58,183 bases of DNA, filler included, from Sphacelaria rigidula (GCA_964200075.2; 5 parts of 5 records of this genome joined end to end with filler, not necessarily neighbours in it); one strand, 5' to 3'. Numbered from the whole stretch's first letter, positions 12,629 to 27,200 are shown. The notes: a model not told the origin generated them from the letters alone. Translations and numbers: made by a program.

Positions 12629-12839
12629 AACGCATTATATAACGCAAACTTGATTTTAGCATGGACTCCGTCACACTCGTGTTCACGGGCCTTTTGGTCC
12701 CCGCAGCCATCGCACCGCAGCCACAGTACAGGACTGCGCTGCGGATCGACGGTATCCAGGACAACAACAGCTACACAAGGACGCCGGAAACGAGCCTGGC
12801 TCTCTCTTGTCTGTTGTGCGGTAGTCAGCGTCAGAAGTA

Positions 12840-13660
12840 TGCAGAATTCGTAATTTCTTAGTTTCCCGAAGATTTTCTGAATTTGTTTCACTTGCCACCG
12901 CTCATCACAGTGACTGTTGGATGCCAAAAAATGGGCATCTGGAGATATTTTGATCCTCTTGACAAATATTGAAGACAAAATATCTGCGATCAATATTGAA
13001 TGACTAACGGGCTTGACGGATCTTCGGGGGCCCTGCGAAAGTGCAACCCCAGGTTCTAGCTTATCGGTATTTTCGGTGGACCGACTCGATCCCGATCATA
13101 CAACTGAAGACTCAAAAATAATTGTTTTTTTCTAATTTCACCCATTCACTGCGCTAAAGCCGGAAAACTATGTCTCTTGGACCATTCACGATCAAAAGCA
13201 CCCTCCTCATAAACGGGGTATATTGTCCGTATCGCCCTCACAACACCAACTTGGGCATTGTGATTTGAGCACGGACTGCTTATGTTGCCAAAACTATCGA
13301 CGCTCGCACTTTCGAGTGCTCATGGAAAACGCCATGCGAAACCCCCCGAGAAGAGGCCATCCGCAGAAAATGCCAGACTGAGGTATGTGCAGTATAGGAG
13401 GGGAACACGATGTCGATCGTTATTGTGAAAACTTGTACACGTATTTATTCATCTGAATATTTAACGTTTTGTTACGGGAGAGCCGTAAAACTGTTTATAT
13501 TGGCCCCAAAACGGTCAATAACACCCTCCTGATAAACGGGGTATCTAGTCCGTATCGCCCCAGAAACACCAACTTGTGCACTGCAGTTTGAGCGCGGCCG
13601 ACGCTTTCCCCCGAAATCTACCGGCACTAGCACTTTTAAGTAGTAATGAAGAACAATACT
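12840..13660. repeat. Two degraded copies related to MITE family B
   Basis: CACCCTCCT(C/G)ATAAACGGGGTAT...CCGTATCGCCC...AACACCAACTTG occurs at ~13200 and ~13523. It is homologous to the interior of 15519-16068 and 22488-23032. Confidence 0.65.
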
Positions 13661-14156
13661 CGTGAAATACTCAAAAACTACAACAACTACGAATGCTGAA
13701 AACTTCTGATGCTGACTACTATATTTTGCAACGCGAACACGTTGGTTCGATTCCTCGTCAGCATCAGCTGTTTTCTTTTCCCTCCTTTGCGTCAAACTTG
13801 TTTTACTGTTGATCTCAGAGCAAGAAAAAAATCCCGTGATTTCCTGTGTACACATCCCTGCAAAATAGCGATCGTTTTGTGGTTGATGGTTATTCAGTTC
13901 CTGCACGTCAAGATGAGGTGGAGAGCACAGTCAGCTAGGAGCAGCAACGCGACGCGTACTCCGTTCCGGCGAACTACAGGCACCGCCAGTACGCGTTATA
14001 CCATCGGTGCACTGCCTACGTTCGAGTCTGGGATTTTTTTTGTCGGAGAGGGAGTACTTGATGACTTGGTGCACAACTGCGATGTGATGGATAAATACAG
14101 TACACTAAAGTACGCGTAGCAAAGCCTCTCCTCCCCCCGCGCTCAATCCCCTCTTG

Positions 14157-15312
14157 AGCTACTTCTTATGTTTCGAAAAACCTCGATCAGGAAACGCGTT
14201 TTCTGATAAATGACCAAAACAAAAACCCACTTGTTACGTGATCAGAAAACGCGTTTTCTGAGGGTTTTTTCTGATAACATTTTCCGATAGGCCAAAGTTA
14301 TCAGAAAATCCTGATTTTCCGATAACCTCGGGCTATCGAAACATACAGCCCACGACAGCACCTGTGATGGCTTGGCTGCCATCATTACTAATGCTGTCGC
14401 TGGTGCTCGCGGGCATTTAGCGTGTTGCATCATTGTCCTTCGCTCGCCAGTAGCGTGGTGGCCCTTTACCCCATGAGAACAGCAGCGGGCAGGGTCGATG
14501 ATGACTGCTGTACAAAATCACAGTCTATGCTATATGTCATCCGCACGATTTTGTAGCTCAGTTTGTGTCTGTGCACGCAGCGTGTTGCGAAAAGCCGTCG
14601 CAATGCTTTACAGACTGCCCACGCACCCAAGCCTTGTAGAGACAGGACCGTACTGACAGTACACAGAAGACTATGAGATAGTAGTGCTACTAGCAGCACA
14701 TCCAACGGATACAACACAACAGTGGTGTCTGTGCTGCCCGTACAACCGAGTACCACAGTGCAGCGTGTTGCGACAGACGTCGCTCTGCAGTACAGGCTGC
14801 CTACGCACCTAAGCCTTGTAGATACAGGACCATACTGACAGTACACACAAGACTGTGAATAGTGCTACTGTTGTAGTACTACAGCCAATGCATGCAATAC
14901 AGCACTGTTGTGTGTGCTGCTGTTGCCCGTGCTGTCCTTCCAGTCAAGTACTACCGTGCAGTGAAGAAGCATAACGGTCACTTGTACAGTCAGTTGGTAC
15001 AGCAAGGCGGTGTTCTTATTGATACGCAGCTCACCATGTATTGCTCAGGCAATGTATCACAGTAGTACAGACAGTCAGTACGGACCGTACACCACGACAG
15101 GACAGCAAAGTGCTGCGTCTCTCTCTCGCGCCCCAGAATTTGAAATTATGCCTGCACACCTCGTAGAAAACGAAAACGGTGAACACTGCGTTTTCAATGT
15201 TGATAGTGCGTCGATCACGTAAGAAGGGCTACTTGAAAAAAATCTGTTGAAAAACGTGCCGTTAAAAAAGGGCTTTTCTGATAACGTGTTTTTTCATACA
15301 TGAGAAGTCGCC
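14157..15312. mobile_element. Degenerate TIR element, PIF/Harbinger (Tourist)-like, with an internal ~183-bp-period duplication
   Basis: The left end AGCTACTTCTTATGTTTCGAAAAACC resembles the reverse complement of the right end, GGCGACTTCTCATGTATGAAAAAAC. The flanks are TTG and TTA. Internal direct repeats lie at ~14577-14690 and ~14760-14870. Confidence 0.6.
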
Positions 15313-15518
15313 TTACGGCTTGTTTTTGGCTGCTTTCGGAGAAATTGAACCTAGATGTCGTTGTGTGTGTATGCATGGTTTCTGTTTCTCGTCGATCGAT
15401 TTCATATGTTTTCATACTGTTTTCTTCTTTTCTCGAGCTTCTATTTACTTTTAGTAAGTGTTCCCGCTTGTAGTTACCTCGATCGCGCCTTTCTTGCGAC
15501 CACGTCAAAAAAAGATTA

Positions 15519-16068
15519 TAGTAGTGCGCGGTCTAACTATTCATTTTGTGAAATTTTGTGATTTTTTCGTGATTGGCAATTTTCTTGGGGCTCTTTTCGC
15601 TTGTCATCGCTCATCACATCGGGGATCTGAAGATATTTGTATCCTCTCCACATTCCAAGGGAAAAAAAGCAGCTGTACTCAATAATGCGTGAATTGCGGA
15701 CTGACCGGTCATCGGGGGTCCTGCCACGATTCGGCCCAGATTCTTACTCTCCGGTATTTTCGGTCGATTGAGCCTGTTCCGATCAAATTTGTGAATAAAT
15801 ATGCAGCTAGTTTTTTTCAAACTCTACCTACTCCTTGCGTAAAAGCCGAAAAACTGCGTTTCACGGTCAATAACAGCCTCCTGATAATTGGGGTATTTAC
15901 TCGCATTGCCCGATAACATCAACTGACACTGACTTGGGCATTTTGTTTCGACAATGATCTGTATAGTGTACCAACATCTACCGATGCTAGCAATTTCGAG
16001 TTCTATCGAAGAGTAGTACGCGAAGAATACCTCAAAACACCCCTGGATAGTTAGACCGCCCACTACTG
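15519..16068. mobile_element. MITE family B copy 1 (CAGT-type TIR, Tc1/mariner-type)
   Basis: TA|TAGTAGTGCGCGGTCTAACTA ... TAGTTAGACCGCCCACTACTG. It is collinear over its whole length with 22488-23032. Confidence 0.82.
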
Positions 16069-16734
16069 AAGTGCGGAGTCGAGTTAGTGTGCGTAAAACT
16101 ATAACAAAAAAAAAAACACCTGAGAAACTTCCTGCGAGCCCCCGCCCTGAGCTTATTGGTGAGATTGCGATGCACAAGCACTGTTCTGTTGGTATGTCCT
16201 GATCGACACGGTATATCCAGCCATTTCTTACTCTTAGCTGATTCCTGTAGCTGACGATCGTACTCTAGTAGCTAACTCTTGAAGCTCGTGATGAGTATGA
16301 AAAATACATACCGTCACCAGGGGGTACTCGGAGCTTCCCAGTGGGCGATGATACAAATGCGAATGAGAAGTAGGTACAATAGTGCACACACCGACTGTCC
16401 AACTGTCAAACAGCAACTCAACCTGCAATCCAACCACTGGTGTCCAGAGTGAAGCTTACCGTACTGTGGGTTGTGGGGCTACATATGCACTTCGTACATG
16501 ATGCAGTTAACCGCCAAATGAAAAAATACAAATGGCCGGGCTAATTCATCGACACTCGGAAGTGAGCCCAAGATATTGCCCGAGCCAAACCGCAACTTTT
16601 TGTAATTATGATATCGTTTTTTCTGCTGTGCACCCATAATGAAATCTTGTATGTACTCTGACTCGACCGTCGCCTTTTGTCCTTGTTGAAAAATTGATGA
16701 AAAAAAAACACTGTGGCCGCGTTTTCATCTCCAG

Positions 16735-19700
16735 TGTTTCGCTGGAAGGCGGGGACTCAGGGACGTATCAAGAGCACCCAGTTATGCCAGACTTGTGCCA
16801 AGCTCAAGAACGCGTGCCAGACGTGCGTTCTCGATCTTCAGTACGGTAAGTGAACGGCTTGGTGTCACGGCAGAGTGCACGGCTTCCGAGGGTCAGCTTG
16901 GCTTCCGGTGTTCATGTCATTTTCTATTGCCTTGGCGTTCGTTAAGAGCGTTCTGATTTCGCTCCATTTTTTCGGTATCACTGAAGGTGATGATCGGAGA
17001 ACAAGGAACATGCCAACAAGACTGCCCTTCATAGCTGATGATCGCGCCTGCAACCGGCTTTGTATGCCGCCTGCTCTACCGCAGCCCGAGCACATACGAA
17101 ATTTAGTAAAGCTTGCACCTCTGCCAGACTGAGGTTAGCATGCAAATGCCTGGTTGCGATAGTTCGGGACAACAAATCACATTCCCATCCACATGAATTG
17201 CTAGAAATATTCCGGAACACTTCTGACTATGGGTATGATTTTTTTTCAAAATGGTCGGGTAAACTTCTGGAGGGGGGTCTAGAACCTTCGATAGATGGAG
17301 ATCGGCGATTTGGTTCCTAGACATGTTTCGCTGCGCGTCCAGTCATGTCTTGGATTTTTCCGTGAATGATTTTTCAAAGTATAGCCCGTGTACATCAGAC
17401 GTGTGGTACGATCGCTGATAGTTTTCATCTGCTTGCATCAACATTCAGCTTTTATTGTGGTCTTGAGGTCGCCATAATATCTCGGGTATCAGGCGAATGA
17501 ACGCTTTGCTTGGATCAATGTTCTGAGTGTGTGCCTTTGTTTCATAGCGTCGCTGGCTCATCTCATGCATCAGATCAATGAGCTCTAGCGAACCGTTGTT
17601 GCTTAGATTTATCTCCGTGCGCCCTCATGTGACGGATGGATGTGTTGACCGTTTGACCGCGAGGGTAGGTCATCTGGCCATGCGCTCATTTTGCAAGTAA
17701 AGTTGTTGTTGATTGAACATATGACCTATGCTCGCGGTCAAAGTGTTGATTTCATCAGACATTTTGATACATCAATCTTTTGAACTCAACAGGCCTACCC
17801 GTCGAAGTTCGCGACAAGTTCTTGGCAGAGGAAGACAGGCTACAAGTGCCTGGCAGCGACGTCAACCGAGAGTACATGACACAAGTACACGAGAAACAGC
17901 TGGCCGAGGGAGGTAGCTCGTACAGCAACAAGCCGCTCAATCAAAAGGTACGTGAAGGAGTTTTTTTTTTCGCTTCCAGTGTCTTCGTACGTAGGATTCT
18001 GCTCATTTTTCGGTCGAAAGGTAGTTCCAACGTAGCTCCACCAAGCGACTTCTACCTGTACAAGTACGTGTATGGTGGGTGTTCTTGTTGGAACGTTGGC
18101 CATGCATTCAAGTATTGAATTTCGACCTGACGGATGTTGTAGGCATGCTTGTGACGAGGGTGATACGCGCGTCGCCAACGAGCGGAAATTGTGCATGACT
18201 ATGTTGGTGAAAGTCGAAGATAATGCCGCGAACGTTGCGTATAAGTGGAGGAATACGCTGAGTCCCATGCGTCGCCTTTGCGAGCTTCAGTCGGTGCCTC
18301 AAATTATGCCGCACTTCAGGAGTTCTCATCTCTTGGATTCAGTGCATACGTGCATACGTGAAATGAACCATTCATGGCCCTTGGGAGCGCAGCGTTTATC
18401 GTAGAGCGGATGGTGTCTCCCTCTGGTCGTCGGCTGCGGGGGCAGGAAAAACACACCATCCATCTATTTCCCGTGTTAGCGGCCAGCCCCCTCATTGTTG
18501 TCCATTGATCGACACACGCACACAAGTTTCTGCGCCTGTTACCCCCTGTGACGATTCCTGACGGTTTGCAGTTGCTCCGTATGGCTCGGACGACGCCGTA
18601 CTACAAGCGCAACATGCCGCACAAATGCTCGTTTTACGCGAAGGGGGAGTGCAATCGAGGTGACAAGTGCCCTTTCCTGTGAGTACCCTCGCCTTGCCTT
18701 GCTTTGCATTGCTTTGTCCTGCTGACGATGTTCGACTTGAATCGACTATTGAAAATGGATTGCGTTTAATATGTTCTTTTGATCAGGTACGTGCGACTCC
18801 CGCATGGCTGAGCTATTGCTTTGATGGCGGTTTGGTGTATCCCGCACAAACAAGATGTTGAACACCTTGTGCCACCGTGTTGAAAGATCACTAGACGTTG
18901 AGACTGCAATTTCTCTTCGTCATCCACGTACATGTTGATGATTCATGAATACTCGTCTGCGTGTTTCCTCCGAGGCAGTTTTTGCCGTGCACATTAATCA
19001 CCAATCGCATGACTGACCTCAACCATCCATTTTGATTTATGTATATATATACACACACACTTCGAAGATCGATCGTGCTGCAACGTTGGATAATGATGGT
19101 GCTATTTTTCTGTTTCTATACATGCTCTATCGGCGATGGCAGGCACGAGATGCCGACGAACAGGAACGACCCGCTGGCCCACCAGAACATCCGTGACCGC
19201 TTCTACGGGCAAGATGATCCCGTGGCGGCGAAAATGCTGGCCAAGCAGGACGAGATTCCCACCCTTACCCCTCCGCAAGATGAGGGGATCACCTCGCTGT
19301 GGCTTGGCAATATGTCTCCGGAGATTACGCAAGAGGTGACCATCGAGTTTGCGTGTTTTTTTGTTTTGCGCGGGTCTGGTCGTTCGTCGTATATTGGTTC
19401 TATGGCTAAACCAGCAACGCAGTTAAAACCAAGCACGGGTCAGGATTAGGATAAACGCTATTCTGAATATGTGTCAATCATGGGTTAATCGACACGAACT
19501 GGGCTTAACCTACCTCAACAAATCACACCTTGCTCTCCTTCCGTCTTTCCTTCTTCCAGCGTATTGGCCAATGCTGCTTGTCGGGCTTACGGACTATGTG
19601 ACCTACATGAGGTCGATACCTGACGCGGATGTCCCGACTGTTTCTCTTTTCTCATGCGTTGAATCCAGGATCTTCGTGACGCGTTCTACAGCTTTGGAGA

Positions 19701-21458
19701 GCTGCGGTCGATCCGGATCGTTCCCGGCAAAGACTTCGCCTTTGTGCAGTTCACCACCAGGCAGGCGGCGGAGACTGCAGCAGAGAGCCTCTACAAGGTC
19801 TGTGTTCGAGATATGTTTTTTCAAGAGCCGACCGACATTGACATTTCCCTTTTGGCGAACGCATGAATGCCACCCCAGGGAGTGGTACATGGGAGAAATT
19901 TGCAGGACACCTCACTCAGTGGAGTCCTCTGGATTCAAACAACGCAGCTTCCGATCGTAGTCAGACCTCTGGAACTGATGATGGCTCATGAATTCAGAGT
20001 ATGCTGCGTCTGGAGTACAAGCAAGGATGTGCCCCATTTTCGAGGTCGCTATTGGACCGCGAGCCAGAAGGATAGAACGGATGGAGCAACTGAGGTCTCG
20101 GGTTGTCTCGAAAACACGTCGCACCCTATACAAGGGACGTGAAAAAATAGCTGTACACCTAAGAAGTTCACCTGTGCGCGTTCGATGACCCCTGCAGATG
20201 ATACAGCTGCTTGCACATTACTTCATAATGCCTTTCTCGTGGTTTTCAGCAAGTGTGTAGAATGTTCCTTCAAGACCAAAAAAAGACGAGTACTGGAGTG
20301 AGAAATATTCCGCCCCATGGCCAGCCAAAGAAAAGCAAGGTAGGAGTGACCCAGCAGGTGATGGCACAAGTGCAGGCGCCCCAGCATTTGCCTCTGGCCC
20401 CGGTCTGTGTTGCATTTTCCCTTTGCCTAGTGTTTGTGAGTGCGTCACCCAAATATAGCACCACGTTATCTGGGGCCACTGTGCCTCACCACGAACAATA
20501 TTGGCCCCTTGCTTCCGGAAGTAATTTTTGAGTCCTCTGGCGCTCTGGCCAACCTCCGCCAACGCCTGTATGTACAGGGTCCCGCATGAATGCCCCTGGC
20601 ATTTCCAGAGGAGAGTGGCTGCATCGGTGGACGTTTCACTTGTACTGTATCTCCCGTCTCACTTGCTCGGATCTCCCAGACACACAAGTTGTCCCTTGGT
20701 CTCCGTAATCGCACACCGTGGTCATACGGAGTAGTCGCACACTTGATTCCATGCCATGTTCTTAACTTCGAAACACCAGTCACAACACTCTTGCCCGTAC
20801 ACTTTTTTTCTGTCCGCTGACATCCCAGTGCCTGGTCATAAAGGGCAGATTACTGCGCCTAAACTGGGCCACGCGTTCCGAAGAATCTGGGACAGCAGGC
20901 TTTCACGGTCCCGAGGGAGGAAAGGATCGGCTTCGCATACAGGATAAAGGTGGAAGCACAAACACATCGACGGGGAGCAAGGACGACGGGGCAGCATCAT
21001 CAGACACCGTCAAGGACGGCGACGGCACTGCAGCAAAAGAAGATGATGGTGAAAACAAGGGCACGTCCAGCAAGCCCACACCCCCTCCAACATACCAACC
21101 AGTCTCTTTGCCTCCAGTGCCGGGCCTTCCCGCAGGCGCACCCATCGCCCCGGCCCGCCACATGCCCCCCATGCCACACTTGCAGGGCTACCAGCCCCCA
21201 CCCCCCGGTGCACAGTACCAACAGCCGCCCATGGCACATTATCCACACAGCGGGATACCGTCGTACGGTCCCATTCGGCATGGTGGCCCGATGTACGGCG
21301 GTCCGCTACGTCCGCCACCCGGCCCGCCCCCCGGCCCGCCCCCGGGTCCTCCACCAGCTCCGTATTACGCGTCCATGGACCCGCACCGCTTAGGTGCTGC
21401 GCCCAAGCCACTGTTACCAACGCCCGGGGATGAGGCTTCGCCCACACAACCGAGCTAG
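16735..21458 (+). CDS. RBM22: Pre-mRNA splicing factor RBM22/Slt11 (Ecm2/Cwc2 family), 5'-partial; exons 16735-16845, 17793-17947, 18572-18678, 19143-19335, 19669-19797, 20829-21458
   Basis: Phase-consistent GT-AG splicing gives [36 protein letters not shown] and a CCCH finger ([31 protein letters not shown]). It continues [18 protein letters not shown], an RRM (ITSLWLGNM...[17 protein letters not shown]...LRLNW) and a Pro-rich tail with [10 protein letters not shown], ending at TAG 21458. N-terminal exon(s) were not found. Confidence 0.95.
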
Positions 21459-22487
21459 ATATTCGGTGCGGCTGCAGGAAGGGGTATTTTGTGTTTGTGG
21501 AGTCGGGGAGCGATGTCAGAATTGAGATGGGCCATGTCCCATCCATGTGAAGTTGAAAATGATGAGAGGGTTGAGCGAGAGTATCTTGTGGTTTTGCGCG
21601 AACAAGGATAGGTTTCTTGTTACGAATCCGTTCGTGTGATCACGGGGTAACATGCAAATCAGAGAAAATTCACGTCGATGCTGATGACGGAATGTGTGCC
21701 TCTTTCTGATGCCGTATACACAAGATCTTGGAGATGGAGCCGGCACCGCTGTGGTGGCAGTAGCGTTGAGCGTTGTGGGCAGCGCATGCTGCGTTGTGTT
21801 GTTGCTGTAGTAATCTTACTCGTGACTCAGGACCGCTTGCGGGTCGATTGTAGGTGTCCTCTCTCTGCCTTGACCAGGAAGATCTACGACGTGCTTACTG
21901 TTTATTGGTGACGTGTAGTGATATTTGAGGGGGGTAATGAGATATTCACATTTTCTCTCCGCCCATAAGTCCAGCGCCGCGAGAGAACACTAGTCGCCAC
22001 GCAGTCAACTTACGCTGCTCTCATGTTCTAACCAACGCTCAAGGACGGAGCATAATTACAATGTTTTCGTGAGATTGAGAGTAACATACATAATTGAGAC
22101 TGAGCTTTTTATTCGGGAGACGGGTCAGTCGCGTGTTTTCAATTCATGGACGAAACACATGTGTCGCATAATGTAGTCAGAAGAAAACTGAAATATTTGT
22201 CCAAAGGATACGGCGTGCAGTATCAAATACCGTATGTTTTTGTTTCGGTGTGAAGATATTCCCCGTGTCGGAAATCATTGCTTCGAATAACTTTGAACCG
22301 TTGGCCGGCGAAGATCTTCTCGTTGCAACAGCATCTTCTGAAAAAAAAAAATGCATAACCGAGATGGCGTTCCCGCGCGCTGAGGCTCAACAGTTTGTCG
22401 CGGTTTCGACTTTTCAGATGAACATATTCAAACGAAAGTTTATGCCGATAAAAGCATTCCAACGCCACATGTTCTGAGCAGTAGGTA

Positions 22488-23032
22488 CGGTAGTGGGCGT
22501 TCTAACTAATCATTTTGTGGCATTTTGCGATTTTTTCGTAATTGGCGATTTTCTTGAGCTCTTCTTGCTTACCACCACTTATCACATCGGGAATCTGAAG
22601 ATATGTGTATCCGCTCCACATTCCAAGCAGGAATAATCATCTGTACGCAGTATTGAGTGACTTACGGGCTAACCAGTCATCGGGGTTCCTACCACGTATC
22701 GGCCCAGATTTTTACTCTTCTGTATTTTCGGTTGATCGAGCCCATCCTGATCATGTTTGTAAAGGAATGTTCACTTTCATTTTTTTGAAATTGTGCCTAC
22801 TCTTGCACTAGGGCCGAAAAACTGTGTTTCACTGTCAAGAAAACCCTCCTGATGAACGGGATATTTACTTGTCTCGGTCGAAAACACCAAATACACTGAC
22901 TTGGGCACTGTGTCTCGAGGGTGATCTGTTGTGTTGTACCAAAATCTACCGATGCTAGCAATTTCGAGTTTTATCGAAGACTAGTACGCAAGGAAAACCC
23001 CAAAACATTCCTAGTTGGACCACCCACTACTG
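22488..23032. mobile_element. MITE family B copy 2
   Basis: TA|CGGTAGTGGGCGTTCTAACTA ... TAGTTGGACCACCCACTACTG|TA. Confidence 0.85.
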
Positions 23033-23215
23033 TAGGCATTTTTCCTTCTCTTCCCTTCGTTTAGCCGAGGAAGACTCGCTGCATATGTTGCTGTAATCAC
23101 ACCTTGCGGGAGTCTCGTCTATCGAAACGAGGAACGAACAACAAATTGTGAGAATTGAGGTTTAACTTCGAGATGAGGCTCAAGCCGAACACAGTGCTTT
23201 CCCCACACTTTCAGG

Positions 23216-23315
23216 NNNNNNNNNNNNNNNNNNNNNNNNNNNNNNNNNNNNNNNNNNNNTTAATTAATTAANNNNNNNNNNNNNNNNNNNNNNNNNNNNN
23301 NNNNNNNNNNNNNNN
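23216..23315. other. Artificial contig spacer
   Basis: 44 N + TTAATTAATTAA + 44 N. Confidence 0.99.
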
Positions 23316-24251
23316 TTCGATTAGTTATTTCAGGTAGCTCATGAGCTGTCCGACGTGTGAAATTTTGTAAGATAGAAGTCGATACCAGCGCGGATATTCA
23401 AATATCGCACTCAAAGCTTGCCACTAGAATAGTAGCGGAGAGGATGACATAAGGACGCATTCCCAGATGTCTTCCCTGTACAAACAACAAATCATGGTCA
23501 ATTTTTCCCGCGGAATGACCACGCGTACACTCACGCTACAAGTGCACAGCTCCCAAGATGAGTTCATATCCATTCTCACGATGTCTTGCGCCGCCTTTCA
23601 TGATACATGACTCGCGCGCGGAACCGTCATCGGGTGAAGCCGACAACCATCGCCACGTAATAATCAAAATACAACACGTGCAGTAAATGTATTCTACGTT
23701 CGCCATGTTCTGAGTAAGCCCGCTGGAGGCTCTACGCCGCAGCAGTCGGCGACACGAAACAGAAGACATAAAAAAATGCCTCAGCGCAGACCCCGCGAAT
23801 ATTATGCCGATTGTGGGAACTACTCACAAGGGAGAAAATTACCCAAAAATTCTGTGGAGGGCATAAGACGCTCTTAGTATCACTGTTGGAGGTACTTCAT
23901 GTCACCGTTGGGTATACTGTCAAAAGGGGGAGTCTTCTTGGAATAAACCTGTGGCGTACAATTGCTCTGGGGCGAGGATTACGCCGTCATTCATTTCTCT
24001 CGAGTAATGCGAAGCTTGGTCATTCGCATTTTTTAGAATACTACACTAGAAGCCGCCAGTGTAGTAAGGAACGGGAGCGACTGTTTTACACTCAAGAGGA
24101 AGCGCTAAGAACGAGATGAAGCAGACCGTGCAGCTAGCATTAGTCCCATCGGCCTGCTTTGTGGAATACGTTGGCACGTCGCAGAACCAACGGAATCAAC
24201 GACGAACGCAGGGCTTGATGACTGGCATCAGACTAGCAGACTGAGCCTTAC

Positions 24252-27200
24252 TTTTTTGCGAAGCTGAAGATAATGGCGGGATCCAGACTGCGGTCCATGA
24301 TGAGCTTGACAATCTTGTACAAGTCACTGCCCTCTCCTTGCTGGACTGTCTGCTTCCTAGCACCGAAAGCCTTTTTGCCACCGTCTGCAACAGCCTGCTC
24401 TTCTGGAGAAACTTGCAGCGTGGCCATAGCTTTCTGCCAGGATTCGTGGGTCACCGGGGAGACGATTGAGCACACAAATAGACGGCCTGGCTACTTCACC
24501 AAATATCACAGTAGCGCAGAGGGTATTGCAAACGTTCAGTTTTTCAGTGGCATCTGAGTGAATGTTAATACACATACGAGGGTCACGTGCAGCGCGTCAC
24601 CTGAAAGTTATTCTCTCTGAAGCGTCCCTTGTTATCCACCACCAAGTGCAGCCCGTCTCCACCCGCCGGGAAAATGTAGTGCTCGAGAGGCACAGGCCTG
24701 AGGACACGTCATTCAACGATTTGCCGACGGCAACCAAGTGGTCGGGACGCTCGCTACCTTTCCAAGCTTTCAACACAAGAGTAAAGGGTGATATAACAAA
24801 AAAACAATGGGGCTTGTACCTACAATTCTCAGGATTTTAGACCAAGGAGGGGCTACCCAGTTTTCTGTGTTATCATCCACCATCTCGTGGCTGCACCAAG
24901 TTATTATCTAAGAGAAAAAACGGTCGCCTGAGTACGACCTGGGCTGCACAGCAACCCTCAGACATGTTTGCTGAAGCTCCGAGGTGTGGATTGAGTGGTC
25001 CACAGCTGCGGATTTATTTGTTGAGGATGATGCGCCGACAAGCAGTACCTACACAACGCGGAGCGCGGGGTGCGTACTTACAAAGTGCAGGATGCTGCAG
25101 GTTGAACTTGTGGCAATGCGAACTACCCGTTTGTCTTGACTCAGAAGGTTTTTTAAGGTGCCTACTAGTGCAGTTGAGGAGTAGCAGTGGTGCTGCAACG
25201 TGACTTTACTGCTACAACAAGTCTACAGCCAAGGGCATGTATACAATGTACACGCAATTATGACTTCGTGTTTAGCGGACATAAATCCAGAAGAGTATCA
25301 ATGATCATCACTCAACCAACTACCAGCTCGGATTTGTAACAACCTTGGCTCCTGTTGGCAACCACACATAGCACACTTCAACCGACGCCTCAACAGCCAC
25401 TGTTCACACACAAGCATGCCCTTCTACAACGTGGGGAGCAAGGGAAACACACAGAAAGCCTTCTTGATCGCCTATTGATCCCGTGTAATGCTTCAGTTGA
25501 GTGTTTGACCGCTAGCGTATGCCTATCAACACGCATTTGAACAAGTGTTACGAAACCTCCTGCTTCCCCCCGCCGCCTTGAGGACGGCAAGGGGGGAATA
25601 TGGTTCTTGTGTCGTGAGTCTGCTTGAGAAAACCGTTCCTTCTGCGATCGATCATCCGCAAAAATACAACAAAACGGCGCTTTCACTTACCTATAATTTG
25701 TGTAGACAACGTGGCATGGTTGGTGATGGGTCTTGGCGATCCATCCACAAAACTCTTTCGAGTTCGGGATCGTCGCTGACAAGAAGACGAACCGCACTTT
25801 GTGCGGCAAAAGGATGATGCTCTCCTCCCACACCACACCACGGTTCTTGTCTCTGAAGGATGCGGTGAATTCCGGCAGTTTAACGTGCATGGTAAAAGCA
25901 ATCATTCCAAAGGAGGGAGGTAGAGAGAGAGAAACCAGAGAAGAAAATTTCAAGGTTAGGTGATCGCCCATGCGGTGCACGCGAGCTGCCTAAACCGAAA
26001 GTACTTCAACTCGTTTGATAGAAACATATCTTGCTTTCAAGTTGCGAGACATGGCATGGCGTGGGATCGCAGCGTCTGGAAACACATACACCCCCTTCCA
26101 AAATAGGGAAGATAAGGTAGCGAGCGACTTGTTGAAGTCTCACTCTTGAGCTCTCAACCCTCGTGTGAAAATTCGGCGGTAGCGCGAACATTTTCCACTC
26201 GCGCTTGCCGTCGCAATCCGACGGGCAACAGCAATTCAGCACCTGGAAAACACAACCCAAGTCTATGGCCGTGCCACACGTACCTCATGTAGTGAATCTC
26301 GTCGTAGATGACCCACGCAACCTCCCGCATAACCTCACTTCCACGGTAGAGCATAGATCGGAGGATTTCGGTGGTCATGATGAGGCACGTGGCGCTGGGA
26401 TTGATGGTGATATCTCCTGTCATTAAGCCTACATCGCCGAATTCCTCCTGAAGAAACAAGAGAAAACCGAGGCACTGTCAGCTGAAGCGCACAATCAGCC
26501 TCTCAGTGGAATAGATCAACGCGCCATGGGCGTATGTGCGGTGGTACTATTTTATCAGACAATTTACGAACGACTTGACCCAATGCACGATATCAGACGA
26601 TGTCGTACCTGCAAATCCCTGAACTTCTGGTTAGACAGGGCCTTGATAGGGCTGGTGTAGATGACCCTTTGCTTGTCTCGGAGGCACTTGGCAATGGCGT
26701 ACTCGGCGTTGACCGTCTGCGGAATGTTCCAGCGCATTGAACGTACATACATCATGTCATATCCAGCGATTTCTACAGTAGCAGATGACTCAGTAACGCA
26801 GGGAGTGGACGCAAGCCATCCACTTGCTTCACCTTGGCAGCAATATATGACGCCACAGGGGCATCGATAACTTGACCGCGACAGCAGCTGACATCTACTG
26901 GGGGAGGGGAGGGGAGGGTGGGGGGCAAGAAATGTGGAAAACTTGGATACCTCCACACTAGTAAAATGCTGTCTTCTGATGGATTGATTGTCGCACACTA
27001 AGGAACAGTGGTGGTGACATGGTACATGTACTCGAGGTGAACAAGACGCAAACATTCACCACAGGAACGCCGAGGTAGGGAGAAGACAAACCAAAACAAG
27101 AAAAAGGATACAACGAGCGGAGAAAGCTGAGCAAAAACGAAAGAAATCAGAGCAGAACATGTACGTGGAGAGAGAATGGAGTGGAAAGTAAAGGAAAGGA

